From: Lacipirellulaceae bacterium
Lineage (GTDB): Bacteria; Planctomycetota; Planctomycetia; Pirellulales; Lacipirellulaceae
Direction of reading: 5' to 3'
Length of the DNA: 64,000 nt
Assembly: GCA_965249435.1 (NCBI GenBank)
Contig: CBDFMC010000024.1
Location: forward strand, 134,588 to 198,587
Shown: positions 10,896 through 21,206 of the stretch, piece after piece
How the letters are laid out: each line of letters begins with the position of its first letter
Numbering within the stretch: the stretch's first letter is position 1
Made by a program: the position numbers and the translations under genes
Notes under the pieces: model-generated
Seen by the model: the letters and a program-made list of their open reading frames with translations, nothing else
What the model was told of the DNA's origin: nothing
The model's database searches: none

Positions 10896-12905
10896 CTATT
10901 TTGCCTCTTCACTCTGCCGCGCACGGCTTGCCCCCGCGGTCGCCGCGCTAACCGCACTGCCGCTGCTTGTTTTCTCTGACTTATGGACCGAGGGGCCAAT
11001 GAATTCTTCTATCTCGTCTTCGTCCAGTACTTCGCGTTCCAGAAGAGCCTCGGCCAGCGTGTCGAGCTTGTCGCGATGTTCGGTGAGAATCCGCTGGGCT
11101 CGATCGGCCGCGGAGTGGAGAATTTTGGCTACTTCTTCGTCAATGATCTGAGCCGTCCGTTCGCTGAAGTTGCGGTGCTCTTGAACGATTTCCCGCCCCA
11201 GGAATGGCTGATCCTCGGCGTGGCCGTAAGAGACCGGCCCCAGTCGTTCGCTCATTCCCCAACGAGTGACCATGCGACGGGTCAGCGAGGTGGCTTGCTT
11301 CAAATCGTTTTCCGCGCCGGCACTGTACTGGTCGAACCGCATTTTCTCTGCGGTGCGACCCCCCAATGCCATGGTCAATTGGGCTATCATTTCTTGCTGC
11401 CCCATGTTGTGGCGATCTTCTTCAGGCACCAACTGAGTGACGCCCAGTGCGCGGCCTCGTGGGATAATGGTCACTTTGTGTACCCGATCACTGCCTGGCA
11501 GCAGCCAGGCGAGCAGGGCGTGACCTGCTTCGTGGACTGCCGTGATTTCTTTCTCTTTCTCGGTAAGCACATCGTCCCGCGCGGCACCCATCAATACCTT
11601 GTCCCGGGCGTACTCGAAGTCGTCCATATCGACTTTGTCTTTGTCCTGCCGCGTTGCCCAAAGTGCCGCCTCGTTGACCAGATTGCTGATATCTGCCCCG
11701 GTCAGCCCAACCGTAGCTCGGGCCAGCTTCTGGAAATCGACTTCCTCGGTAATCGGCACTTCCAAGCTGTGCAATTCGAACAGCTCGCGACGGCCCTCGA
11801 TCGTGGGTCGATCGACCGTGACGTGGCGATCAAAACGCCCTGGTCGCAGAAGAGCCGGATCAAGCACATCGGGCCGATTGGTGGCGGCCATGACGATGAC
11901 CGAGGTGCTGGGGCTGAAGCCATCCATTTCGCTGAGTATCTGGTTGAGCGTTTGCTCGCGTTCGTCGTGCCCGCCCCCCAAGCCTGCACCGCGCTGGCGT
12001 CCGACCGCGTCGATTTCGTCAATAAACAAGATGGCGGGGGCATTGTCTTTGGCCGTTTTGAACATGTCGCGAACCCGACCTGCCCCGACGCCAACAAACA
12101 GTTGGATAAACTCCGATCCGTTGATCGAAAAGAAAGGGACGTCCGCCTCGCCAGCGACCGCTCTGCCCAGCAAGGTCTTTCCCGTCCCCGGCGGGCCCAT
12201 CAAGAGGACGCCTTTGGGAACCCGAGCCCCGAGGCGATGGAACTTTTCTGGTTCCTTGAGAAACTGCACGATTTCTTGCAGGTCTCTTTTCACCCCTTCC
12301 AGGCCGGCAACGTCGTCGAACGAAATTTCATGTTCGTCGGCATCATAGCGGCGTGCCGGGCTTTTGGTTACTCCCGAGAGCATTCCTCCTCCGAGGCCCT
12401 GGTCGCGAGCGCGCCGCATCATCATCCAACCGCCAAATAGCAGCATCAGCAGCAATGCCATCGAGGCAACCATAATCAAGTCGCTGTAGTTGGTCGGCTC
12501 GACGGCATGAATTTGGACATTCTTCTCATGCAGTTTGGCTAGCCAGGCTTCGCCAACCTGCGGCGGTAAATTGCACTGAAATTCTAACGATTCTTCGTGT
12601 TTCTCTTGCTTCACCGGGTCAGCGTTGCCAGTTCCTAAGTCAATAGCAGACGGGATCGGTTGAAGAAAGTTACCCACAATTTGCTGGCGACCCTGGATGG
12701 TAACTTCCGCGATATTGTCTTTGTCGAGTTGATTAAGAAAATCGGTAAATGAGATGGTTTTGCGACCCGACCAGGAATGATTCAGTAACATGAGTACTGA
12801 AAAGCCCAAGACCAAGAGCACGATCCAATGCAAAGCGCCACGGCCCGGGGGTTCGGGGTGTTCTGATCGCTTCGGGCTATCTGGTTTCTTTTGCGGGTCT
12901 TTCAT
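10896..12905 (-). CDS. ftsH: ATP-dependent zinc metalloprotease FtsH
   Basis: Walker A GPPGTGKT, an AAA+ module, the zinc-binding HEAGHAL motif, and an N-terminal transmembrane segment. The start is taken at MKDPQKK (12903-12905) so that it excludes the upstream hairpin repeat. Confidence 0.9.
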   Translation of the reverse strand: MKDPQKKPDSPKRSEHPEPPGRGALHWIVLLVLGFSVLMLLNHSWSGRKTISFTDFLNQLDKDNIAEVTIQGRQQIVGNFLQPIPSAIDLGTGNADPVKQEKHEESLEFQCNLPPQVGEAWLAKLHEKNVQIHAVEPTNYSDLIMVASMALLLMLLFGGWMMMRRARDQGLGGGMLSGVTKSPARRYDADEHEISFDDVAGLEGVKRDLQEIVQFLKEPEKFHRLGARVPKGVLLMGPPGTGKTLLGRAVAGEADVPFFSINGSEFIQLFVGVGAGRVRDMFKTAKDNAPAILFIDEIDAVGRQRGAGLGGGHDEREQTLNQILSEMDGFSPSTSVIVMAATNRPDVLDPALLRPGRFDRHVTVDRPTIEGRRELFELHSLEVPITEEVDFQKLARATVGLTGADISNLVNEAALWATRQDKDKVDMDDFEYARDKVLMGAARDDVLTEKEKEITAVHEAGHALLAWLLPGSDRVHKVTIIPRGRALGVTQLVPEEDRHNMGQQEMIAQLTMALGGRTAEKMRFDQYSAGAENDLKQATSLTRRMVTRWGMSERLGPVSYGHAEDQPFLGREIVQEHRNFSERTAQIIDEEVAKILHSAADRAQRILTEHRDKLDTLAEALLEREVLDEDEIEEFIGPSVHKSEKTSSGSAVSAATAGASRARQSEEAK

Positions 12906-12948
12906 ATTCAATCGGAGGCGGGGGGAAACACGGACAAGGATTCGCTTG

Positions 12949-13007
12949 TTAGCCGCCGGGCTTGTCCCGGTGCGCAAGAGTAGCGCCGGGACAAGCCCGG
13001 CGGCTAA
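12949..13007. repeat. Family B palindromic hairpin repeat
   Basis: TTAGCCGCCGGGCTTGTCCCGGTGCGCAAGAGTAGCGCCGGGACAAGCCCGGCGGCTAA. It lies between the ftsH start and the MORN gene stop. Confidence 0.85.
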
Positions 13008-13031
13008 CTGCTCAATGCAAAATCAATCGAT

Positions 13032-13859
13032 TTATAATTTTTTGGCAGGTTGAAGTGGCACTAATTCTTTGTCACCGGCAGCGGACGGAACGATCTTTCC
13101 TTCTCGATAGGTCTCTTCACTCGTCGCACCATCGGCACCCCAACGGAGCAACTTTCCTTCGACTTTACCTTCTTCAAATGGTACTTCCGTGGTTTTCTCA
13201 CCTGATTCGTTCCACTCGACCATCAGGCCATGCAATACTCCACTCTTGAAATTTACGTCCTGCCTTTTTTGCCCGTTCGCGTAATAGCTTGACCGCGTGC
13301 CATGTAATTTTCCTTTTTTATAAGATTCCACGACTTTTGCTTTTTCGCCATCCTCATAATACCGAACCCATTTCCCGTGTCTTTTTCCATCGAAGTAGCT
13401 TTTGCTCGCTTGCCGAGTCCCATCACTTCGGAATACTTCCCATTCACCACCTGGAAGGCCGTCCTTAAAAGTTGTCGATTTGCAGAGTTGTCCATTGGGA
13501 TGCCAAAATTTCCACTCTCCGTGATGCACACCCATTTTGTAGGTGCCCTGGGTAAATTTTTGTCCATCACGATAGAATTCGACATAGGCGCCATCGTTCA
13601 CAACGCGGTCGTTCGACAACCGCAGTAGATCTCGTTGAACTCGAATTGTGTCGTCAGGATATTTTTCCTCGAAAGATTTTTGTCGCTGCACAATGGTCGG
13701 GGGCGGGACCGGTTCCGGCTCATCAAGATAGATATCTCCCTCTTTTCCATTGGCCATGTTGCCCACAAGGTTCGCGAACAACAGCGCGAGTATTAGTAGA
13801 ATCCAGCCGGGCCGAATGAAACGATCCATTTTGCTTATTGCGATAGTCAATAAATTCAT
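13032..13859 (-). CDS. MORN-repeat (YwqK-like) protein with an N-terminal membrane anchor
   Basis: Repeated G.Y..Y..G......F.. G..G.W units (for example YYEDGEKAKVVESYKKGKLHGT and YYANGQKRQDVNFKSGVLHG). The N-terminus is hydrophobic. Confidence 0.6.
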   Translation of the reverse strand: MNLLTIAISKMDRFIRPGWILLILALLFANLVGNMANGKEGDIYLDEPEPVPPPTIVQRQKSFEEKYPDDTIRVQRDLLRLSNDRVVNDGAYVEFYRDGQKFTQGTYKMGVHHGEWKFWHPNGQLCKSTTFKDGLPGGEWEVFRSDGTRQASKSYFDGKRHGKWVRYYEDGEKAKVVESYKKGKLHGTRSSYYANGQKRQDVNFKSGVLHGLMVEWNESGEKTTEVPFEEGKVEGKLLRWGADGATSEETYREGKIVPSAAGDKELVPLQPAKKL

Positions 13860-13945
13860 TTTTTATCTCTCGAATTACGGAAAAGTTTATTAGGCTTTGT
13901 CGGAAAACCTTGATGGGGCCGTGATGTGAGCCGTAGGCGCTAGCC

Positions 13946-15537
13946 CTGAGTATTACCCACATCTTTTATAGTCACGAATGGCTCGGATTGCCAAATGAAG
14001 TTTTTCGAATCCTCTCCAAAGCGTCATCCAACCTGGTTCTCCATCGCTTTTGCGCAACAGGTGGCCTCCCAGCCCAGCCAGTTCACGGTAAAAGTCTCTC
14101 ACGGTCTCAATGCTCCGTCCGCCGCGCATACGACGCAACACCGTGACCCAATGGTTCGGTACTACGTCCTCCGCTGGCCGCTCAGGGGTTTCCCGAGCGG
14201 CACTCCGCAACTGCAACAAGCGAACCGCCGCTACACTCAACAACGCGGTGATCGCTTCCAATCGCTCGCTGGTTTCGTATTGGCGTTCTTCCACGCGGCA
14301 GCCCGTCTTGAGCGCCTTGTGAAACTCTTCCACAATCGGCCGTTTCTCATAGTACTCGATCACGGTCCAGGCCTGAGTGAAGCTTGTCACTGGCAGAGAC
14401 GTCAACAGCACCCAGCGCAACGGTTGGACCCCTTTGGGAGCATTCACTTCTCGCACCTCAACGACGTTCATTCCGAGCAACGTGATGCCCAGCTCGCGCA
14501 GCCATGGGCTGCGTTGCCGAGGAGCCGGCATCATCACTGTGCCAAAACGAACTTCGATCTTCGCCGTGCGTTTCCCATACTTCGTACTGCGGTACGACAG
14601 TTGATAGGTACCGGCAAGCGGCAGCGTGCCAAGGTATTCGTCCAGCGACGTTTCCTGCTCTTGATGCACGATTTTTCGGGTCAAATGCTGTGCTCGAACG
14701 ATCCAGTCATGTTGGTTTTGCAGGCATCGACAGTAGACTTCAAAGTTGTCCGCGCCACGGTCGCAGAGATCGATAAACTGAGCCTCTTGGGGAGGTGGGC
14801 CGATTTGATCAATCAACTCTCCCCAGACAAGCGATTCCCGGTTTCGTGCGAGCCGACAACTGCGAGGTTCTTTTTTCGGCACCTGCGTTCGATAACGGAC
14901 CTTTTGTCCTGCCATCCCGACAACTTCCTCTGTCTCGGGGTTGATCATCAATCCCGAATGCAAAAGAAAACCACGACCCAGGCCGCTGCCCACAGGTCTC
15001 AAGCCGATGGCTTGATTGGTCACGCCAAAGTCGATGTGAGTTGTGTCGCAGGAAATCAACCAAATGCCCTTTCCTCGCTGGCGAGTCTGCTGCCAGTGAG
15101 GGACAGCAATCGCATCAAAAGTTACATCGTCATTGTCGATCAAACGATAGGCGGCTTTAAGATCGGACCACTTCTCGGTTTGCCCAGGGGTCGCTGCATC
15201 AGGATCCCCGGCAACTTGAGCGGCAAATTTCACCAACCGCCGAGTACGCCGCACATCCCCCAATGGACACAAACTGAATTGTTGTTGAGCCCATTTTTCC
15301 GTGTCCAGTACTAATGCCATAATGCACCTCCATGCCGTCGTGCTGGACTTTCGCATTCCATGGCCGCCAGCCCCAGGCGACCGAAACCAACCCTGGTCGC
15401 CTCTCCATCCTTTCCTACGCACAAAACACGTCATGGGAAGAAATAGCAACAACTTGGTTACTCGAATAGACTTAGCTATGCTGTCAATGCAATGCTATCA
15501 AGAAACAAACAACCACAAACTTGTGGGTAATACTCAG
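13946..15537 (-). mobile_element. IS4-family, IS50/Tn5-like insertion sequence (about 1.59 kb) with a 9 bp target site duplication
   Basis: The terminal repeats are 19 bp and IS50-like. The left end is CTGAGTATTACCCACATCT, which has the pattern of the IS50 inside end. The right-end reverse complement is CTGAGTATTACCCACAAGT, which has the pattern of the IS50 outside end CTGACTCTTATACACAAGT. Both ends are flanked by the direct repeat GCGCTAGCC (13937-13945 and 15539-15547). The transposase CDS is about 13953-15320; it carries LGD.RRT.RLV and the Tn5-like EEFHKALKTGCRVEERQ motif. Confidence 0.85.
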
Positions 15538-15637
15538 GGCGCTAGCCTCGGGCGACGTTGCTTCGGTATTTTTCGCAACATTGCCCGAGGCTAGCGCGTT
15601 CTGCTCACTGTTTTCTGACAAAGTCTAGTATGCCATA
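15538..15637. repeat. Right half of the palindromic MITE-like element split by the IS50-like insertion (left half at 13893-13945)
   Basis: Joining the two flanks reconstructs an element with the same layout as 10800-10895 and 53391-53497: CTTTGTCNGAAAAC ... GTGAGCC..GGCGCTAGCC - hairpin - GCTAGCGCGTTC.GCTCAC ... TTTTC.GACAAAG. Confidence 0.7.
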
Positions 15638-15753
15638 GCAGGGCCGATTCGACCAATGGTTTGAGTAACGAAACAGGTTGTCGTTAGGCTGGAGAATCTG
15701 GTTTGACGGGTTGGGTAGTGCAGATTAACCAGATTGTAGGCTACATTTTGGTG

Positions 15754-17043
15754 CTATCCTTGCCATCCTGGTGGAACGGTCGCGTTCTTTTCCACGACCA
15801 AAATACCATCGCGGATCACACAAAAATCGCTGATTTGGCCATCATCAATATGGCTATGGTTGGCAATTTCTGCTTTCGCTCCAATGCGGCAGTTTTTATC
15901 AACGATAGCGCCGTCGATCACCGTGCCTCGGTCAATTCCCATGGGGGGAAGGTCTGACTGGCCTGTTTTTTTCGGCTGGTCAAGCTCTTCGTAATAATCG
16001 GCCCCCATGATAATCGAATTGCGAATCGTCACGTCACGTCCGATGCGGCACCGCAGACCAATGACGCTGTTTTCAATATGCGTCCCCTGCTCGATCACAC
16101 AACCATCGGCCACCAAGCTACGCTCTATTCTTGCGCCATCGACGCGAGTCGGCGGCAAGAACCGCGGCCGTGAGTAAATGGGCGATGTCGTGGTAGCCAT
16201 TTCGAATGGCGGGTCGGATCGAGTCAGTTGCATATTCGCCTCATAAAACGAACCAATCGTTCCAATATCTTCCCAGTAACCGTCAAACAGATGGAGCTGC
16301 ACTTTCCGTTTCTTGATTGACTGAGGAAACACTTCTTTACCAAAATCCTGATGATCGGTTTTCTGCAGTGCATCTATCAGCACTTGCCGATTGAACAGAT
16401 AGATGCCCATGCTTGCCAGGCAATCGCGACCATGGCTCGCAACTCCACGGGCGTCGATCCAAGCAGGATCCACACGCACCGACCGAAGGGCTTCCTCGGT
16501 TTTCGGCTTTTCAACAAAATCGATGACGCGTCCCGTGTCGTCAGCGCGCATGACCCCAAGCGACGAAGCCTCGGCAGCATGAACCGGCTTGGCGGCAATG
16601 GTGATGTCAGCGTTCGCTTCGAGATGCGTAGCCAGCATTTTCTGAAAATCCATCCGATAAAGCTGATCGCCGGAGAGGATCACTACGTGTTCTATCCCCG
16701 GCTGAGTAAGATAGCGCAGATTCTTTCGCACCGCGTCGGCCGTGCCTTGATACCAGTCGGTTCCTTCGGCCAAGGTTTGTTGCGCGGCCAACATCTCGAC
16801 GAACCCGCCGCTAAAATTGTCGAACCGATAGGTGCCGCGGATGTGCCGGTGCAAGCTGACCGACATAAATTGAGTGAGCACGTAGATGCGGTTGAGCCCA
16901 CTGTTGATGCAATTCGAGAGTGGGATATCGATCAATCGGTACTTGCCCGCCAAAGGAACCGCCGGCTTGGAACGATATGTGGTCAGCGGGCGGAGTCGGG
17001 TTCCCTGCCCTCCCCCCAGCACAACGGCAACGACATTTTCCAT
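15754..17043 (-). CDS. glgC: Glucose-1-phosphate adenylyltransferase
   Basis: The N-terminus VVLGGGQGTRLRPLTTYRSKPAVPLAGKYRLIDIPLSNCINSG and the C-terminal left-handed beta-helix are both present. 429 aa. Confidence 0.9.
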   Translation of the reverse strand: MENVVAVVLGGGQGTRLRPLTTYRSKPAVPLAGKYRLIDIPLSNCINSGLNRIYVLTQFMSVSLHRHIRGTYRFDNFSGGFVEMLAAQQTLAEGTDWYQGTADAVRKNLRYLTQPGIEHVVILSGDQLYRMDFQKMLATHLEANADITIAAKPVHAAEASSLGVMRADDTGRVIDFVEKPKTEEALRSVRVDPAWIDARGVASHGRDCLASMGIYLFNRQVLIDALQKTDHQDFGKEVFPQSIKKRKVQLHLFDGYWEDIGTIGSFYEANMQLTRSDPPFEMATTTSPIYSRPRFLPPTRVDGARIERSLVADGCVIEQGTHIENSVIGLRCRIGRDVTIRNSIIMGADYYEELDQPKKTGQSDLPPMGIDRGTVIDGAIVDKNCRIGAKAEIANHSHIDDGQISDFCVIRDGILVVEKNATVPPGWQG

Positions 17044-17056
17044 CTTTTTTCCTTTT

Positions 17057-19648
17057 TTACTTCGTCACAAAGTTCACCAGTCGACCTGGAACCACAATTG
17101 TTTTGACAACTTGTTTGCCTGCGAGCAACTCGGCGATGCGTGCATCACTGCGTGCAGCAGTTTCGATTGTATCGTTGTCCGCGGCGGCTGGCACGCGGAT
17201 TTTGCTACGCACTTTGCCTTTGATTTGCACTGGTATCTCAATCTCATCTTCCGCGATGAGCGATTCGTCAAACAGGGGCCAAGGCTCGTAGGCGAGCGTT
17301 TTGTCGTGCCCCAGCAGTTGCCAAAGTTCCTCGGCAATGTGCGGGGCGTACGGCGACAGCAGCAGAACCAGCTTCTCCATTGCCTCTCGAGGCCGCTCGG
17401 TTTGTTTCGTGAAAAAATTGGTGAATTCCATCATGCGAGCGATGGCCGTGTTGAATTCCAGGTTCGCGATGTCCTCGGTGACCGCTTTGATGGTCTTGTG
17501 TAACACTCGGCCTTGCTCATCCGTGAGAGGCTTATCACAAACGGCGGTATTGAGTATCAGTTCATCCGCTCGCTCGTCAACGATCATTCGCCAAACGCGG
17601 CTGAGGAAACCATGCACGCCGTTGACGCCGTCCATATTCCACGGCTTGGAGGCTTCCAACGGGCCCATGAACATTTCATAGAGCCGCAGTGAGTCGGCGC
17701 CATATTCGGCAACCATGGCATCGGGATTGACCACATTGCCGCGGCTCTTGGACATCTTCCCGCCGTCTTCACCGAGGATCATGCCTTGGTTGACAAGCTT
17801 CTGAAACGGCTCGCGTGTGCTGACGATGCCGCGGTCGAACAGCACCTTGTGCCAGAAACGCGCATAGAGCAGGTGCAGCACGGCATGTTCCGCACCGCCA
17901 ACGTAAAGATCGATCGGCATCCATGCCTTTTCAATCTGCGGATCGATCACCGCTTGCGTATTCGCGGTGTCGAGGAATCGCAGATAATACCAGCACGACC
18001 CGGCCCATTGGGGCATCGTGTTGGTTTCGCGTTTGTAGCGCACGCCGTCGATGACCGGGTAGAGCCAATCGTCGGGCGCTTTGTCGAGCGGCGGCTCGGG
18101 ACGGCCATGGGGTTTGAAGTCGTCGAGATGCGGCAGGTCGACGGGCAAGCTTTCGGCAGACACGGCGCGGACTCGGCCTGTTGGTTTGCCATCGGGAGCC
18201 AGTTCGTGCAAGATGGGGAATGGTTCGCCCCAGAAGCGTTGGCGGCTGAAGAGCCAGTCGCGCAGTTTGTAGTTGACCGCCGGTTTCGCTAAGCCGCGAG
18301 CGGCGAGAGACTCGGTGATCTTTTGTTTGAATTCGGCAGTGGCGAGGCCGTTATACTCGCCCGAATTGATCGCGATGCCTTCGCCGATGAAAGCCTGCCC
18401 ACCCGCGCTTGCGTCTTTGCCATTGCCCTCCGCGCCGTGTGTCGCGTTGCGACACGGCTCGACAACTCGCCTGATTTCGAGGCCATATTGTTCGGCGAAT
18501 TCGTAATCGCGCTCGTCGTGGGCGGGAACCGCCATGATCGCCCCGGTGCCATAGCTGATCAGCACGTAGTCGGCGACCCAGATGGGGATCGGCTCGTCGT
18601 TGACCGGGTTCACAGCGTAGCTGCCGGTGAACACGCCCGTCTTTTCTTTGGCCAGGTCGGTGCGGTCCAGATCGCTCTTCGACGCAGCCTGCAATCGATA
18701 CTCGTCCACAGCCTCCTGGTTCTCTGGCGTCGTTAGGTCTAAGACGAGCGGGTGCTCGGGGGCGAGAACCATGTAGGTTGCGCCGAAGAGCGTGTCGGGG
18801 CGCGTGGTGTAGACGCGGATTACGCCGCACTCACCCACGGAAAAATTCACTTCCGCTCCCGTGCTCCGGCCGATCCAGTTGCGCTGTAGTGCTTTGACGC
18901 CTTCGGGCCAATCGAGTCCGTCGAGTTCTTTTTCTAGCAGATCGGCATACGCGGTAATCCGCAGCATCCATTGCAGCATCGGTCGGCGGACGACCGGATG
19001 GCCGCCCCGTTCGCTCTTGCCGTCGATCACTTCTTCATTGGCAAGCACGGTTCCCAACGCCGGGCACCAGTTCACCGGTGCGTGACTCCGGTACGCGAGC
19101 CGCTGCTCGTCCACCCAATCGCGCACGTACTTCTCACCAAACTCCTTGACGCCGGCAGGAATCGGCAGTTCGCTGATCGGCCGGCCTTTTTGTTGCTCTT
19201 CATCAAACCACGTATCGTAAATTTGCAGAAAGATCCATTGCGTCCAGCGGAAATAGCCGACATCGGTCGTGGCGATTTCACGATCCCAGTCGTAGCTGAA
19301 GCCAAGCATCTTCAACTGGCGACGGAATGTTTCGATGTTCTTTTCAGTTTGCACACGCGGATGCTCGCCGGTCTTAATTGCATGTTCCTCGGCCGGCAGA
19401 CCGAACGCATCGAACCCCATGGGATGGACCACCGACTTGCCTTGCATCCTCGCCGCTCGGCAGACGATGTCCGTGGCCGTGTAACCCTCGGGATGGCCCA
19501 CGTGCAACCCGTCGCCGCTGGGATAGGGGAACATGTCCAGCGCGTAGAGCTTTTCGCCTTGCGGCAATCTGGGAGCGGCGAACGTCTTTTGCCTTTCCCA
19601 GGTGGCTTGCCACTTAGGCTCGATGACGGCGGGATTATATCGGGGCAT
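17057..19648 (-). CDS. leuS: Leucyl-tRNA synthetase
   Basis: [13 protein letters not shown] (HIGH-type motif), [10 protein letters not shown] (KMSKS), 863 aa. Confidence 0.95.
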   Translation of the reverse strand: MPRYNPAVIEPKWQATWERQKTFAAPRLPQGEKLYALDMFPYPSGDGLHVGHPEGYTATDIVCRAARMQGKSVVHPMGFDAFGLPAEEHAIKTGEHPRVQTEKNIETFRRQLKMLGFSYDWDREIATTDVGYFRWTQWIFLQIYDTWFDEEQQKGRPISELPIPAGVKEFGEKYVRDWVDEQRLAYRSHAPVNWCPALGTVLANEEVIDGKSERGGHPVVRRPMLQWMLRITAYADLLEKELDGLDWPEGVKALQRNWIGRSTGAEVNFSVGECGVIRVYTTRPDTLFGATYMVLAPEHPLVLDLTTPENQEAVDEYRLQAASKSDLDRTDLAKEKTGVFTGSYAVNPVNDEPIPIWVADYVLISYGTGAIMAVPAHDERDYEFAEQYGLEIRRVVEPCRNATHGAEGNGKDASAGGQAFIGEGIAINSGEYNGLATAEFKQKITESLAARGLAKPAVNYKLRDWLFSRQRFWGEPFPILHELAPDGKPTGRVRAVSAESLPVDLPHLDDFKPHGRPEPPLDKAPDDWLYPVIDGVRYKRETNTMPQWAGSCWYYLRFLDTANTQAVIDPQIEKAWMPIDLYVGGAEHAVLHLLYARFWHKVLFDRGIVSTREPFQKLVNQGMILGEDGGKMSKSRGNVVNPDAMVAEYGADSLRLYEMFMGPLEASKPWNMDGVNGVHGFLSRVWRMIVDERADELILNTAVCDKPLTDEQGRVLHKTIKAVTEDIANLEFNTAIARMMEFTNFFTKQTERPREAMEKLVLLLSPYAPHIAEELWQLLGHDKTLAYEPWPLFDESLIAEDEIEIPVQIKGKVRSKIRVPAAADNDTIETAARSDARIAELLAGKQVVKTIVVPGRLVNFVTK

Positions 19649-19855
19649 AAAGGAATTTCGGAATGCGGATTAGCCGCGTTGCAACGCAACGCACGGGAAG
19701 TAACCAAACCGCCGATTCTAATGCCCTGGAGCCGCGGCGCAAACCATGCCCGCTAACTTGACGTTAATCCACAATGCCAAGTACGATACCAAGTTTGGCG
19801 TCTCTCGGCAGACCAGGCTGCTCAGGTTATCCAAATCACCGTTTCATCGGCCCAG

Positions 19856-21169
19856 TTGGCAAATAACATGCAAAAAACAAAGGTTGCTGTCATTGGATTG
19901 GGGACCATCGGCTCGGGAGTCGTTCGGCTGCTGCTCGACCATGGGGATCGCATCGCACGCCACGCTGGCCGGACTTTGTGGCTGGAAAAAGCGGTCGATC
20001 TCGATCCGAGTCGAGCCAAGGCGTGCAATCTGCCCGAGGGCGTGTTTACCGACAACTTGGACGATGTGATCAATGATCCGGAAATTGAAGCGGTCGTCCA
20101 GTTGATCGGAGGCAAGGAGCCGGCCCGAACCATCATGCTGCGGCTACTCGACAGTGGCAAAGATATTGTCACGGCGAACAAAGCCCTGCTTGCTGAGCAT
20201 GGTCCCGAGCTATTCGACCGAGCACGCGACTTGGGCCGAACGATTGCCTTCGAGGCGGCTGTCGCCGGAGGCGTACCGATTATTACCGGCATTGGCCAAT
20301 GTCTGTCGGCCAACCAAATCGAATCGATCCACGGCATCCTCAATGGCTCAAGTAACTATATTTTGAGCCAGATGGTCTCCGAAGGCACCTCGTACGATGA
20401 TGCTGTGGCTGAGGCGCAGCGACTGGGCTTTGCCGAAGCAGATCCCACGATGGACGTCGATGGCACCGATGCCGCCCACAAGCTGGCAATCCTGGCTCAA
20501 TTGGCCTTCGGCGCGCGGGTGCATTGGTCCGACATCCCACGGCAAGGAATCGACACGCTCGACTTGGCCGACGTGCAATTCGCCCAGGAGATGGGCTACC
20601 AAGTGAAGCTGCTCGCGGTTGCCCAGTTGGTTGATGGGGGGTTGGAGCTGCATATTTCGCCAACGCTGGTCCGGTCGGGTACGCCGCTTGCCGAAGTGCA
20701 GGGGGCGTACAATGCAGTCAGCGTTGTGGGCGATGCGGTCGGCAGCGTGTTTTTTCATGGGTTGGGTGCGGGGCAGATGCCAACTGCCTCGGCCATCGTG
20801 GCCGATCTGATCGACACGGCAGTCGGCCGAACCGCGCTGACTTTCCGCTCGCTGGAGTTGTGGTCTGGCAAAGAATCACAAGTCGAGACAATCGACCACT
20901 CCAGGGCTGCCGGTCGGTTCTACCTGCGGTTGATGGTACACGACGATCCCGGCGTGCTAGCCCGCGTCACCACTGCATTGGGTGACGAGAACATCTCGAT
21001 TGCATCTGTGTTGCAGCATGAATCCCTAGGCGGCGACAATGTTGTGCCGTTGGTAATCATGACCCACGAAACCACCGAAGGTGCCACCAGCCGCGCATGC
21101 GAGAAGATCGACCAGCTAAAATCTGTCGATAGCAAAACGGTCCGCATGTGGGTGAGAGGAGGAGAGTAG
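19856..21169 (+). CDS. hom: Homoserine dehydrogenase
   Basis: The N-terminal Rossmann motif VAVIGLGTIGSGV, the homoserine dehydrogenase catalytic region, and a C-terminal ACT domain. 437 aa. Confidence 0.85.
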   Translation: MANNMQKTKVAVIGLGTIGSGVVRLLLDHGDRIARHAGRTLWLEKAVDLDPSRAKACNLPEGVFTDNLDDVINDPEIEAVVQLIGGKEPARTIMLRLLDSGKDIVTANKALLAEHGPELFDRARDLGRTIAFEAAVAGGVPIITGIGQCLSANQIESIHGILNGSSNYILSQMVSEGTSYDDAVAEAQRLGFAEADPTMDVDGTDAAHKLAILAQLAFGARVHWSDIPRQGIDTLDLADVQFAQEMGYQVKLLAVAQLVDGGLELHISPTLVRSGTPLAEVQGAYNAVSVVGDAVGSVFFHGLGAGQMPTASAIVADLIDTAVGRTALTFRSLELWSGKESQVETIDHSRAAGRFYLRLMVHDDPGVLARVTTALGDENISIASVLQHESLGGDNVVPLVIMTHETTEGATSRACEKIDQLKSVDSKTVRMWVRGGE

Positions 21170-21206
21170 CCGTGTCGCAACGCGACACACGGCGAATTAC
21201 GCACCC

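Noticed and set aside
10983-12440. 485 aa and 268 aa ORFs on the plus strand inside ftsH
   Set aside because: They are antisense to an unmistakable FtsH gene (Walker A, HEAGH), so they are shadow ORFs.
13995-15314. 439 aa plus-strand ORF
   Set aside because: It is antisense to the Tn5-like transposase inside the IS50-like element. Only the minus-strand frame shows family motifs.
16351-17503. Plus-strand ORFs of 251 aa and 205 aa
   Set aside because: They are antisense to glgC and the 3' end of leuS. No motifs.
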